A stretch of DNA of 64,000 nt from Eledone cirrhosa (lineage: Eukaryota). The DNA lies in the NCBI GenBank assembly GCA_964016885.1, contig OZ024741.1, forward strand, positions 183,148,001-183,212,000. The letters are read 5' to 3'. The notes under the pieces were generated by a model. That model searched no databases, was not told the DNA's origin, and was given only the letters and a program-made list of their open reading frames with translations. Position 1 is the first letter of the stretch; each line of letters starts with the position of its first letter. The position numbers and the translations under genes are program-made. This document shows, piece after piece, positions 41,020 to 54,577 of the stretch.

Positions 41020-41325
41020 AAATTCCCGAGATCCATGTACGAGTTATTTCCAGCGGTCTCTGTCCTTCCTCATCACTGTCATGTCCTGTGTCTTCAAAAG
41101 ACCTGTGTCACCCTTGGTCTTCCTCTTCTAGTGTGTCCATGTAGGGGCTCCTACAGGAGCACTGAATGCAGTGATTTACGAAGAGACTATGGTCTCCTTG
41201 TGGAGAAGGCACAACATGCTGTGTGGTTACATGACATGTCTTGTTCAAGCATTGCAGGCTTTACTCTGTACAGTATGAGAGCATGTGCAATAGACATAAC
41301 TGATGATGTCTGTCCGGATGACTGG
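41020..41325 (-). mobile_element. Decayed RTE-type 3' fragment
   Basis: Reverse strand resembles a RHVM...G.P.HGH.RRGRP C-terminus. Confidence 0.5.
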
Positions 41326-41329
41326 GTGC

Positions 41330-41760
41330 AAATCTATAAAACTCGAAAAGTACCTAACCGATTTTCTCCAAATGGAAGAAAAAATCATACTCTAAGATTT
41401 AGTACGCTTAAAGAGTATCCAGCTGATTTTCTTCAGATATTGCACATGCATGCAGATGTTTCACGATTCAGGCCTGTTGGTGTTCTACGTTTCCAGTAGA
41501 TAAACACTTATTCCATGAGAATAAAGGAATTCAAAAAGTACACAGCTACATTCCTCAATCTTTGCCTATGCGTGTTGCTATTTCACGTTTTCTACCCCGT
41601 GCAAAGCCGGGTCTTGCTGCTAGTTATCTATATATATATATATAAAACAGAGGATGTCTGTCTGTGTAAATCCCTAAAACTCGAGAAGCACCCGGCGGAT
41701 TTTTTCAAACTTTACACACCGCATTTAAAAGGCATTTTTAGGCTTTTTTGAGGCGTAACT
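41330..41760 (+). mobile_element. Non-autonomous Helitron-like termini in tandem
   Basis: CCCGTGCAAAGCCGGG hairpin then CTAG|T at 41620-41623; then a|TCTATATAT...AAAACAGAGGATGTCTGTCTG 5'-like end at 41627; shared AAAACTCGA..CCG/CGGATTTT motif. Confidence 0.55.
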
Positions 41761-42059
41761 TCAAGATAATTATAAGAAAAAATATAATAATAAAAATAAA
41801 TGTAAAAATTATTATAAAGTTGACAGCGATACAGGCAATAAATAAATGAACAAACACACGTGGTAAGAAATACACACAATTGCACATACACATACATAAA
41901 AATAAATACATACACACACACATACACATACATATACATATACACATACACATGTACACCCCCCCACATATATATACACACATACATACAAACACATACA
42001 CACACATGTATGTGTGTAAAACTCATTCTTAGATGTATTCATTTGAACCTTGTTTAACT

Positions 42060-42115
<56 letters not shown>

Positions 42116-42321
42116 CACACACACACACATATATAAGACAATACATAAATATTATATATAAAAATAAAAAGTTGGCAATACGACAAATAATAAATAAATA
42201 AATAATTAGAAAAGGGTATAAATGTTTATAGCTGATTTAGAGCACTCAACAAGTTCCTGGAGCAAATGATCAACGAAAATAAGCATTAAATCACTGTATG
42301 TAATTATGCATATACATACAC

Positions 42322-42375
<54 letters not shown>

Positions 42376-42602
42376 TATATATACACACACACAGCGATAC
42401 AAATACACACATATATACATACATATACATACATATACGTATATATATATATATATACATATAGGAAAAAGTATGACCCCACGGCAGAGCTCAAGCCGTT
42501 TCTGAGGCTATTATATATATATACACACATAAACAATTATATAAAAATACACACACACAAATATAAAAACACGCACACACACACATATTATATATATATA
42601 TA

Positions 42603-42924
<322 letters not shown>

Positions 42925-42996
42925 ACAACAGAAGCATATAAAATACAATTATATACACACATACATATACATACAGATCTATATAAAAACATACAT

Positions 42997-43039
<43 letters not shown>

Positions 43040-43269
43040 TACACACATACGCAACACACACACACAGAAATAAATATCTAAAAATAAAAAAGGTGGGTAT
43101 GTAAAGGGTAAGGTAGAAAGTAGGGGGAAAATAAGGAAAATAAATGACATAGGAAAAGGTTTAAATATAAGGGGAGATAAGGGAGAAAAAGAATATGAGA
43201 GTACAGAAAGTGAATTCAGAAGGTAAAAAAATCGTAGTGGATGTAAGGCGTAGAGAGCAGAGAAGAAGT

Positions 43270-43812
43270 TCAAGGTGGTTGAGTTATCGTAGGAATGTCA
43301 ATCCAGTTACAGAGCAGATGTGATTTCAGGTGAAGACAACATCTGAAGATCTCGGTCTTGGAGTTCAGGCAAGTTGAAGTGGCTTTCAAGTTTTGTAAAA
43401 TCCTAAATTTTTCAGTGGTACACAAAGAACAATTCTTTGTGCCCCTTTGGTACTCCCTCGAATGGTCTAAAATAGACCAATCGATAGAGTACGTGATGTT
43501 TTTATCCTTGAATTCCCACACCTTATTTGCGAGAGCCGTTGCTGTTCTTTTATCGGAGTGTTTAAAAGAAGCGACATGTGCATAAAACCTGGTTTTAAAC
43601 CTGTCCTGAGTCATGCCAACATATCGTTCACTCCTGGCTGGTTGTTAATTAAAGGTGTCACTTTGGCCTCATATACAACGGATTTGGTGTTACATTTGCC
43701 ATGTAATGGGCATTCACCCGGCTTCCTGCAACTGCATCCTGGATTTATTCTCGTACGATTAGAATTAGTGATTTTAGACTTCATTGATGGGCAGCAAGAG
43801 TAACTGATTTTG
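43270..43812 (-). mobile_element. Penelope-like GIY-YIG endonuclease fragment
   Basis: KISYSC...CSCRKPGECPLHGKCNTKSVVYEAKV...YVGMTQDRFKTRFYAH...CSLCTTEK...LNSKTEIFRCCLH. Confidence 0.92.
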
Positions 43813-44043
43813 GATTGACATTCCTACGATAACTCAACCTCCTTGAACTTCTTCTCTGCTCTCTACGCCTTACACCCACTACGATTTTTTTACCTTCTGA
43901 ATTCACTTTCTGTACTCTTATATTCTTTTTCTCCCTTATCTCCCCTTATATTTAAACCTTTTCCTATGTCATTTATTTTCCTTATCCCCCCTTCTTTCTA
44001 CCTTACCCTTTACATACCCACCTTTTTTATTTTTAGATATTTA

Positions 44044-44101
<58 letters not shown>

Positions 44102-44193
44102 GCGTATATGTGTATATATGTATGTATATATATATATATATATATGTATATGTATGTGTGTATATAATTGTATTTTATATGCTTCTGTTGTAT

Positions 44194-44240
<47 letters not shown>

Positions 44241-44426
44241 ATGTGTGTGCGTGTGTGTGTTTTTATATTTGTGTGTGTGTGTATTTTTATATAATTGTTT
44301 ATGTGTGTATATATATAATAGCCTCAGAAACGGCTTGAGCTCTGCCGTGGGTGTCATACTTTTTCCTATATGCATATATATATATATATATACGTATATG
44401 TATGTATATGTGTGTATTTGTATGGT

Positions 44427-44483
<57 letters not shown>

Positions 44484-44509
44484 TTGTAATAAACAACATA
44501 AGGCAATTA

Positions 44510-44570
44510 TTTCATTTACCAGTGGTTTCTTGAAAGCAAACAAATTTTGCTTTCAATCATCAGAATGAAA
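44510..44570 (-). ncRNA. Type I hammerhead ribozyme (family F)
   Basis: Mirror image of 44637-44697. Confidence 0.88.
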
Positions 44571-44636
44571 AAATCCTGGTGTATTTATTGACATTGGATT
44601 TTTAAAAATCCAATGTCAATAAATACACCAGGATTT

Positions 44637-44697
44637 TTTCATTCTGATGATTGAAAGCAAAATTTGTTTGCTTTCAAGAAACCACTGGTAAATGAAA
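44637..44697 (+). ncRNA. Type I hammerhead ribozyme (family F)
   Basis: tttcatt-CTGATGA-TTGAAAGCAAAatttgTTTGCTTTCAA-GAAA-ccactgg-TA-aatgaaa: 7-bp stem I, 11-bp stem II, GUA site. Confidence 0.9.
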
Positions 44698-45030
44698 TAA
44701 TTGCCTTATGTTGTTTATTACATAACTATTAAGCTCCGTAACCTACATAGAGCACTCTTTTTTCCTGGACCTTTCCGACGGAATTACTTCATTCATACAT
44801 ATATATATATATGTATATGTGTATGTATATGCATAATTACATACAGTGATTTAATGCTTATTTTCGTTGATCATTTCGTTGATCTCCAGGAACTTGTTGA
44901 GTTCTCTAAATCAGCTATAAACATTTATACCCTTTTCTAATTATTTATTTATTTATTATTTGTCGTATTCCCAACTTTTTATTTTTATATATAATATTTA
45001 TGTATTTTCTTATATATATGTGTGTGTATG

Positions 45031-45063
<33 letters not shown>

Positions 45064-45166
45064 TATAAAAATATTTGCTTGTTGTATCCCAAAAATTTAA
45101 ATAGAACTTTTGCATATATATCTATATATATATATATGTATAAATATATATATGTATATATATATG

Positions 45167-45215
<49 letters not shown>

Positions 45216-45618
45216 GAAGTGTAAACATGGATCGCTTGATATTATTCTTCCTTGTTGATAATCCAATAATATCCACTTTCCGTGACTTACCATCTGATTA
45301 ATTGGTGAAATATTTTTCTTTAATGAAATATATACAGGGAAGATTAATCATTAAAAGGTATATATTTTTGAAGTTCTAGTTAACTTTATTTACTTGTTAC
45401 CTACTAGCCATGCGTGGTTACACGCTTGTAGAAATTATCTCCTGTGATTTTTCATGTTTATATTTATTTATATATATGTTGATCAATTCCTAGTTATTAT
45501 ATATGTATATTTAAGAGTTAAACAAGGTTCAAATGAATACATCTAAGAATGAGTTTTACACACATACATGTGTGTGTATGTATTTGTATGTATGTGTGTG
45601 TGTATATGTATGTATATA

Positions 45619-45651
<33 letters not shown>

Positions 45652-46179
45652 GTGGGTGTGTGTATGTATATGTGTATGTGTATGTATGTGTATATGTATA
45701 TGTATGTGTATGTGTGTGTGTATGTATTTATTTTTATGTATGTATGTGCAATTGTGTGTATTGCTTACCACGTGTGTTTGTTCATTTATTTGTTGCCTGT
45801 ATCGCTGTCAACTTTATAATAATTTTTACATTTATTTTTATTCTTATGTGACGGTATTTTTATTATAATATTTATTATTTGTGTGTGTGCGTATGCAGGT
45901 GTGTGTACATATATCTATATTTGTGCATGCGTATATATGCGTGTATATATGTGTGTGTATGTACGTGTTTATATATGTATGATTGTGTGTATGTATGTAT
46001 ATATATATATATATATATACATGTGTGTGTGTGTGTGTTTGTGTATTTGTGTGTATGTGTATGTATGGATATGTTGATATATATGTGTGTATGTATGTAT
46101 ATGTATATATATGCGTATGTATATATATATTTATATATATACGATATATTAACAAATTATATTTATAAAACCATATTTA

Positions 46180-46240
46180 TTTCATTATACATATTTCAAG
46201 GACACCAAGTTAAATTATGGTGTGCTTTCATCAGATAAAA
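46180..46240 (-). ncRNA. Type I hammerhead ribozyme (family G)
   Basis: ttttat-CTGATGA-AAGCACACCAtaatttaactTGGTGTCCTT-GAAA-tatgta-TA-atgaaa. Confidence 0.82.
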
Positions 46241-47198
46241 TATAATGTAGAGCAGTTTTATAAATAAATATTGACATACCCTTAAAGAATGCGACCATTT
46301 CTGTTGGAAGCTCCCGGATAGTGGGGTTATAAATTTACTTATACTATTATGCAAAATTTACTTATACTATTATGCAAAATCACAGTAGTTTTAAAATAAG
46401 CCGTTGGGGTATGGAGAAAGGGAAAGAAAAGAAAGAGAAAAAAGGGAAAAAAGAGCAAACTCTAAGAAGAAAATAAGAAAAAGAGGAGAAAAAAGAGAAA
46501 AGAGAAAGAGAAAGCTCTAAGTAATAGGTTGTTGTATTAGCTTAACTTTTAAGATGAAGTGAAAAAATAAATATTTATTGGATGAGAATCATGAATGGAA
46601 AATACATAAATAATAACAGGAGAATTTTAACCAGTTTTTAAATATGATTTAAATGTTTAGTTTATCAGTTAAATTATCCATTAAATTATTGAGATCTATG
46701 CATTAACAATTGAGATCTATATATTATTAAAAGAATATATTCATATATATACACTTATGCACACATATATATATATATAAATATATATATATATACCTAC
46801 ACATACATACATATACATATATACAATAAAGGACTTTTTTATGTTTAAGATATAGGAATCTTCATAGAAAACCGTAGAAAAACCGGAGAAAATCATTTCT
46901 ATGTAATAGCAAAACAGCGTGAGGGAAATTAAGTTATTTACTTATATTAAATGTTACAAATGTTAAGATAATAAAGGAAATTTAAGATTATACAAACCTT
47001 ATGTTATTATACATTTTATATCTAATACATCCACCTGTTATGTAGTTGTGACTGTTATATAAGTTTGTTTATCACGAACCTCAAGAAAACCCTTATAAAC
47101 GAGTGCATTCGAATTGTATGCGTATATATATACACACAACCCCCACATATATACATATATACACATAGACATACATACACATACAAGTAGATATGCAT

Positions 47199-47383
<185 letters not shown>

Positions 47384-47872
47384 AAAATACAGTACATAGT
47401 ATAATTGAAGTACACAATATATAAAATAAAATAAAAAATAAAAATGAATTATATTACGATTTGGAAATATATTCTTACAATTATAAGCAATATAATTAAA
47501 AAAAATATTACAGAATATTTTAAGATATAATTTTAAAATAAGAATATGTTTAAAAATTCAGTATCAAAATTTAAATTTTTTATATAATATTTAACTCTCA
47601 GTATGTTTAACTTAATTTTTAAAGCCATATGGGAAATTTTCAAAGAAAAAGAAAGAGAAACTTTCAAAAGAGAAACTTTTCAAAAATAAGAGAAACTTTC
47701 AAAGAAAACATTTTCCACTTTTAAGAGCCTTCAGTATGTTTATCTAGAAACATTTTTATTTTTATTTAGGAAAAATTTTATTTTTTTAATATTTGAGAGT
47801 TTAAGCATTCAAATGAAGGAGTCTAATGATTTATCGATAGGTTCAATATATTAATAGAATTAATTATATATA

Positions 47873-48338
47873 TTACATTTTAAATTTAAATTTAAACGTT
47901 GAGTTCAATCTATGTCTGCAGCAACTGAAGAGATTGCTCCTTAGGTTCAGGGAATTTTTGGTCTTAAATATAAAGAATATTTCCTCTATACAAAGATCAC
48001 AATTTTTTGAAGAGGAGTTAAAAGGAGTAGCTTTTGAAATAATATTCCAAAGTAACGAATATTTAACGTTCTTTAATTTGAGGTCCCATAATAAGCTAGA
48101 TAGAGAAGTTGAAGATTTTTTGTTTAAATGCGTAAAAGAGCTTTTATGGTTATTAAAACGAGATTTAAAATCTGTGGAAGTAGATCCTACATAATTAAAT
48201 GAATTTAAATTAGTTTTTACATTACAATTATATACTATATTTTTAGCTAAGCAATTGTTATTTAACGGACAGTTAGATTTATTTCTACAGTTACATTTAT
48301 CAAATTGGATATTGCTGGGGTTATTAGTGGTATTTTGG

Positions 48339-48340
<2 letters not shown>
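47873..48340 (-). pseudogene. Open GIY-YIG endonuclease reading frame without a start codon (PLE C-terminus)
   Basis: Manual translation: KCNCRNKSNCPLNNNCLAKNIVYNCNV...NYVGSTSTDFKSRFNNHKSSF...LSSLLWDLK...CDLCIEE...LNLRSNLFSCCRH; absent from the ORF track. Confidence 0.9.
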
Positions 48341-48388
<48 letters not shown>

Positions 48389-48577
48389 ATATGTATGTAT
48401 ATATATATATATATATGTGTATGTATATATGTGTGTGTATGTAATTGTGTGTGTGTGTGTGTGTGTGTGTGTGCATGTGTGTTTATTTTTCCTTTCCTTC
48501 TTCCTTTTCCAGCCTCACTTTCATATAGATTATATTTTTGTTTGTAAAATCCAATGTCAATAAATACACCAGGATTT

Positions 48578-48638
48578 TTTCATTCTGATGATTGAAAGAA
48601 AAATTTGTTTGCTTTCAAGAAACCACTGGTAAATGAAA
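48578..48638 (+). ncRNA. Type I hammerhead ribozyme (family F, third copy)
   Basis: As 44637-44697 with one stem II mismatch; 48546-48669 matches 44605-44728. Confidence 0.88.
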
Positions 48639-48724
48639 TAATTGCCTTATGTTGTTTATTACATAACTATATATATATATCTATATATATGTATGTATAA
48701 ATGTGTGTGTATATATATATACAT

Positions 48725-48787
<63 letters not shown>

Positions 48788-48926
48788 AAAGTTATATTTA
48801 ATTTGTTGGGATTCAACAAGCTTAAAAGTTTTATAACTGATATAAAGCGCTCAACATATTACTGGAGTAAATATTCAATATACAATATATTAATAAATGG
48901 AAACTATATTTATAAAACCATAATTA

Positions 48927-48988
48927 TTTTATTATATATATTTCAAGGACAACCAAAAAAGATTTTGGTGCGCTTTCATCAGATAAAA
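48927..48988 (-). ncRNA. Type I hammerhead ribozyme (family G)
   Basis: ttttat-CTGATGA-aagcgcaccaaaatcttttttggttgtcctt-GAAA-tatata-TA-ataaaa. Confidence 0.8.
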
Positions 48989-49112
48989 TGCAAAATTTAT
49001 TTTATAAATGTTGACATACCCGCAGAAAAACAACCTTGACTATCCAGAGAACCTTCAACCGTCAAGGTTGTTTTTCTGCGGGTATGTCAACATTTATAAA
49101 ACAAATTTTGCA

Positions 49113-49174
49113 TTTTATATGATGAAAGCGCACCAAAACTTGCCTTGGATGCCCTTGAAATATATATAATAAAA
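49113..49174 (+). ncRNA. Hammerhead (family G) with core mutation CTGA>ATGA
   Basis: ttttat-ATGATGA-aagcgcacc...ccctt-GAAA-tatata-TA-ataaaa. Confidence 0.65.
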
Positions 49175-49225
49175 TAATTATGGTTTTATAAATATAGTTT
49201 CCATTTATTAATATATTGTATATTG

Positions 49226-49262
<37 letters not shown>

Positions 49263-49269
49263 TATATAT

Positions 49270-51797
49270 ATAAAATAAGTAAGTCAAACATGTTAAATTT
49301 GCTTCGTTTATAATAAATTCTCTGCTATATATATTTTAGTGACAGCTATTATTGGCTGTGACCTCATCAGACAGTACGAATTCATGTAGCAAAAACAGGT
49401 AAACATGGTGTTGAAATGTGTTTAATTCTGTCAATTCATCAATATATCCAGCTCCTGGGTGTGTTGTTACTCCTCCGAGGAACTGGAATCATATGAGCTA
49501 GAACAAACGAATTTCAGCGTCAGAGGACACGCTCCCACCCCATTAGTCAGTTATCATACCACTCCCCAGCTGAAAGTCTATAGATATTCTTCAGAGATAG
49601 GTCAGCCTGTTATAGTTGTTTTTATCAGAATGTTTAAGTCCAGCTGACCTCCTTTACCGTGGTGGTAGTGGTAGTGGTGTTAGGAGGTCAGCCAGCAGGT
49701 CAACCTTAGTAGGCTGCTGCTATGATCGGAAGAATTTGTTGTGTGTAGACTGGCATCTATCTTGCCACCTCTTCACGTGGTGAGGGATGCCAAACAAAAA
49801 ATGTGTGTGTGACAACCAATAATAATAAAAAAAAAATAAAGAAAAAAAAATGAAATAAAAAAATACCTGTGTGTCAGAATCCAGAAGTGTAAAGAATTAC
49901 AATTCCTATTTTAGCATAGAGTACATAAGTGTTATTGTCCGCCAACGCACACCATTGTGCGTGCACACGTATAAACACAGGTTCGGGTGCATTCACCTAT
50001 TTATGTCCACACAATTCAACAAAAGATGGGTGCGTTTTAAAACAAATGAAGTAAAAAGGAAGTAAAAAAATAAAAAGCCAAAAAAACCTGTGTCCAAATC
50101 CAGAAGTGTAAAGGACTACAATTCTTATTTCAGTACATACGCGTATATGTTCGTCAATGCACATCGTTGCACGTACACACGTATAAACACAGGCTCGGGT
50201 GCATTCCCATATTACGTCTACACAGTCACACACACGCATACATCCATGCATACACACAATTCCATATACGCCCACATGTGGATACACACACACGGACACA
50301 GGGTCAAAAGTCAGCTCTAGAGGTGGGGAGAGGGGTAAGTAGTAGTAATAGGCGCGTCCTATTTACTTGCGGTATTTAGCACTGACTCATGCTTACGAAG
50401 GAGGTCGGGTTCGAGGCAGGATATCCTCCGGGTACTCGGATCACAAGCCGGGGTTGGGCGTTGAGGCCCGCTGGTCGGAAACTTGGGGTGCCTGTTTGCA
50501 CAGAGGATAGGACTCCACCGACGTACTTCGTCTCTTTATATCATCTAGAGTCAGCTAACCTGAGTTCTGGTTAAGGAAGTGAGAGAGAGGGGTTGACAAC
50601 AGCGGTGTGAGGCTTGGTTTTAGCTGCTAGGTAGGTGTATTGCTATAGGTGCTAATCGAGGCAGGAGCAGATGTGGGGATAGAGGCGGGTGTAGGCGTCG
50701 GTTTGGTGTACCTTGGGCTTGGTGTGACGGGGTTGCTGTCCCTATAGCTTGAGGGAAGTTCCCATCCTAAGGGGTTGCTATCCATATAGCTTGAGTAAGG
50801 TTCAGGCCCTGAGGTGTCTACATGTACCAAAGAAGTCGGTCCTGAGGTTGATTAGGCTACTCCCACCACTGAGTATCTCGAGGGTCTCGCTCAGACAGAG
50901 GTTGCAGATGCCAGATCCCCCTCTATCAGGTGGAACTTTCCTGATATTGGACCAGGCCAGAGAGTACGGGGTCCTGTTAAGCTTGAGCTTCCAGTTCAGT
51001 TCGGAAAGAGTGTACTTTTCATTTTGTCCTCCCTATTAAAGGAATGGCGATGGTATGCCATCTGTCTTTGAAGCTCATTGATGTGACTCCTATGTAAAGG
51101 TGCTCAGAGTTGGGGTTTTTTACTCTACATCTGTTTACCAAGTTCTTCATTAGGCATTCATTACTAAGGGGGCATAATGTGGGGATTCTGTAGTTGCAGG
51201 AGGTGGTCGACCCCTGCATGCCTATTGTGGGATTCCAGTTGCGTAGTATGGGGTGGTCTGTCCCTGGGTCTGTTTGGGTTCCCAGGGTGGGTTCCGAGTT
51301 CACCCTCCCTCCCCTCCACATGGCTCTGCTGCGTGTCTATAGTGTCAACTGCTGGCTGTGTAGTTCCTAACTCTACTCCTATTGATGCTAGCTATGTGCT
51401 GGGCTACGTTGCGCGTGGTACGAGAGCTTCACCGTATGTCTGTTGATGATCTTGTGGCATCTCTGGTCCCTCGGGAAGCATTTATCTAGTGCCTTAAAGA
51501 ATGACCGGGCCAGGCTAGTCTTCAGGCCCACTGAGTAGGGTGGTTTGTACCACGTAATGTTTCTTAGTCTATTCCTATGTGGGTGGGTTGAGCGTGCTGT
51601 GGGCCGTTGGGGATTTGTTGGAGTGCTACTGGTTCCTGCATTGTTGCTGCCCCTTTGGGCGTTATGGGTTTTTAATTAATTCTACAACCCCAGCTAAGAA
51701 TTAAACCTATAACCATCGCATCGTTTTCCAGTACTCCTCCCAAATGAGCCACCAGGATAATTTATAATAAACGAATGTTTGACTCACTTATTTTACA
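49270..51797 (-). mobile_element. 5'-truncated Penelope-like element with inverted terminal remnant
   Basis: RNITWYKPPYS...FLKALDKCFP...INRHTVKLSY; CPLSNECLMKNLV...LYIGVTSMSFKDRW; 51758-51797 is an inverted copy of 49271-49320. Confidence 0.85.
49322..49374 (-). ncRNA. Decayed hammerhead (family H; GAAA>AAAA)
   Basis: ctgt-CTGATGA-GGTCACAGCcaataataGCTGTCACT-AAAA-tatata-TA-gcag, at the 3' end of the PLE. Confidence 0.7.
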
Positions 51798-51885
51798 TTA
51801 CTCCGGAGTAAACAAACCAACCTGCATACTTCGTCGAGTGCTCCAGCCTGCATACTGAGGTGTCCGTAAACAACCAACACATACT

Positions 51886-52186
<301 letters not shown>

Positions 52187-54209
52187 TGTAGCAAGAGTTG
52201 CCTCCCTTCTTATGACGATCACATCACCAGTAGCGCTCTCTAGACAGGAAGTAGCTGGAGTTACTTCCCGATTTCTCGGGGTAACCAATTATAACAGCGA
52301 CACTGGGTTGTATGAAATAAACATTATACATACAACCGAGTGTCTTGTTATATTCATACAACCCAGTGTCGCTGTTATAATTGGTGACCCCGAGAAAAAA
52401 ATAATAGGAGCTGGTGTTGTGTGAATATGAAAAAAAGAAAATTAATTAGCAGTATTTCAAAAAGAAAAAATTCCTCTAACAACATTCCACATGGATTTTT
52501 TCTACAACATTCCACATGGATTTTGTCTACAACGAAAAAAATAAGTAATCTTTTCCTCAGCAGCAAACAAACAAGAACAAATTTTGCTTTTCACCTCACG
52601 TGTTTACATCGTTTAAATGTGTTTCACTCACTGGATATATCCTTCGTCCGTCTCACAACGAACACGCAAAAAGACTTGGACTCCTGTATTCTTATATTCA
52701 ACATGTCAATTTTGATGAACATCACAGCTCGCTTACTCATTCAATTAAGCCTTTTTCGCTACTTTTTCATCACTTTAAAAAAAAAAAAAATTGAACTCTC
52801 GCCATATACAAAGTGAATAAACCCTTTACCTTCTTTTTCATCATATCACGTTCACACACAAATTTTTCAAAATAGCTGCCAACGACCTGTTGCACTATCA
52901 TTTTCGTGCCATTTTCTCGCGCAATAGAAATTTTTTTTTTTCAACTTGACTTTAACCTTGTTTCGGCACGTGTGGGAGCACACATCTCGACTCACTGAGA
53001 TAACACACGCCATAGATAATGTTTCTTGCCAAGGATTCTCCAGCCTTAAGCCATATTCTCCTATTTGCCGGTTTATAAATTTACCACGTAAATTTGCCGT
53101 TGAAAACTGCGCATTTATTCAGAATACTTATTTCTTTGGTCGCTGGCCTCTTGACCCACCCAAGTCAACGCGTTCTCAACATCGACCATCAACTTTGGCT
53201 GTTATTTCTAACACTTTGCGCAACTCATTTTTTCTGGGAAACTTTTTACTGTGAATGGAAACAACATCGAATAGGCTCACTCCGCGAGACAACAACAACA
53301 CAGCTTCATCTTTGCTTTATCAACAACCAAAACCAGCAGAACAAAAGAGAATTTATTTTTGCAGCACTCTTCCTGTGAGAAAATCCCTTCGGAGGTTGGG
53401 AATTTGACGTTGTACCACAGTCCAGAAACCACCTGCATACATTCTCTGGAACACGCTCTCTTTCCTCCTGTCATGTGATTGCACACCTGTGAACTTTATT
53501 TTTGAACATTTGAACTTTTTTTTTTAATAACTATGTTCGAGCACGTTTCTTTGCTCCTTTGACCTCTTTTAGTTTGATTACATTGTATCTTTGAGTCGTT
53601 CTCTGGCCAAGAGCGGTTGGCTACCTTGATATCTATCATTGATTTTTGCATGCTTATATTTTGCTGTTTTGCTTTTATTGCAAACATTATTTTGTTGTAA
53701 TTTTCATGCCTGGACTTTGGTGTTACATGCTCGCCATCTTACTTCATACATGATTGATTCGATTTGTATGTTTTAAAAATCTGGCGGGGGATAATGTAGC
53801 AAGAGTTGCCTCTCTTGTTATGACGATCACATCACCAGTAGCGCTCTCTAGACAGGAAGTAGCTGGAGTTACTTCCCGTTGAGGTGGCAGAACCTTCTTT
53901 GTCACTTCCGTCCAGGGACCCTATAAAGGAGAGAGCTCACAGCTATCTCCCTCTCTTTTAACTTGCCTGGCCCTTCGGCCAGACGCGTTCTTTCAGAGGG
54001 TATACTCTCTGGCAACCTGAACATGGTAATGTAAAGATCTCTTGGTCTGATGCGCGATGACTTTAAAACGGTAAACAACTAACTTTAATTCATTCTTTCA
54101 TCTCTCTTGGCATGTCAACTATGTCTACATAGCTCAACCTTGTTAAATAAACATTGTACATACAACCGAGTGTCTTGTTATATTCATACAACCCAGTGTC
54201 GCTGTTATA
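52187..54209 (+). mobile_element. Non-autonomous LTR retrotransposon (Gypsy-like signals)
   Basis: LTRs 52187-52379 (rearranged) and 53795-54209; PBS TGGTGACCCCGA at 52382-52393, complementary to the tRNA-Trp 3' end; PPT GGCGGGGGATAA; 4-bp TSD AAAT; no recognisable gag/pol frame. Confidence 0.9.
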
Positions 54210-54229
54210 AAATAATAGGTCCATTCATG

Positions 54230-54281
<52 letters not shown>

Positions 54282-54305
54282 TTTTATACAAAAAACACAT
54301 ACACA

Positions 54306-54577
54306 CAGAGTTGGATTTAGACCATTAGAGGCCCGGGGCACATCAGATTTGGGGGGCCCCTAATATACAAAAATATTGTATACACAGCAAGCCCCCTGAA
54401 TTTTACATATCAAAGTAAGCTTAGCGCAAGTAATTGAAATTGAAAAGTTATGCAGGTATTACATTCAAATATTCTAATCATCTTAAAACACCCAGCTGAA
54501 TACGTCACTGGCCGGGATACCCCACTGCAGGGCACCCGGAGTAATTGGCCCTATGTCCTCCATTAAATCCGGTTCTA
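54306..54577. mobile_element. hAT-like MITE
   Basis: Imperfect TIRs CAGAGTTGGATTTA / TAAATCCGGTTCT; GGCCC-rich subtermini; partial relative at 37430-37610. Confidence 0.55.

Larger units (their letters stand above)
44478..44729. repeat. Near-perfect spacerless palindrome (about 250 bp)
   Basis: Centre GGATTTTT|AAAAATCC at 44603/44604; arms complementary across 44485-44722. Confidence 0.95.
48873..49228. repeat. Palindrome with 168-bp arms and a 20-nt spacer
   Basis: 48873-49040 is complementary to 49061-49228, with a few differences. Confidence 0.92.
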
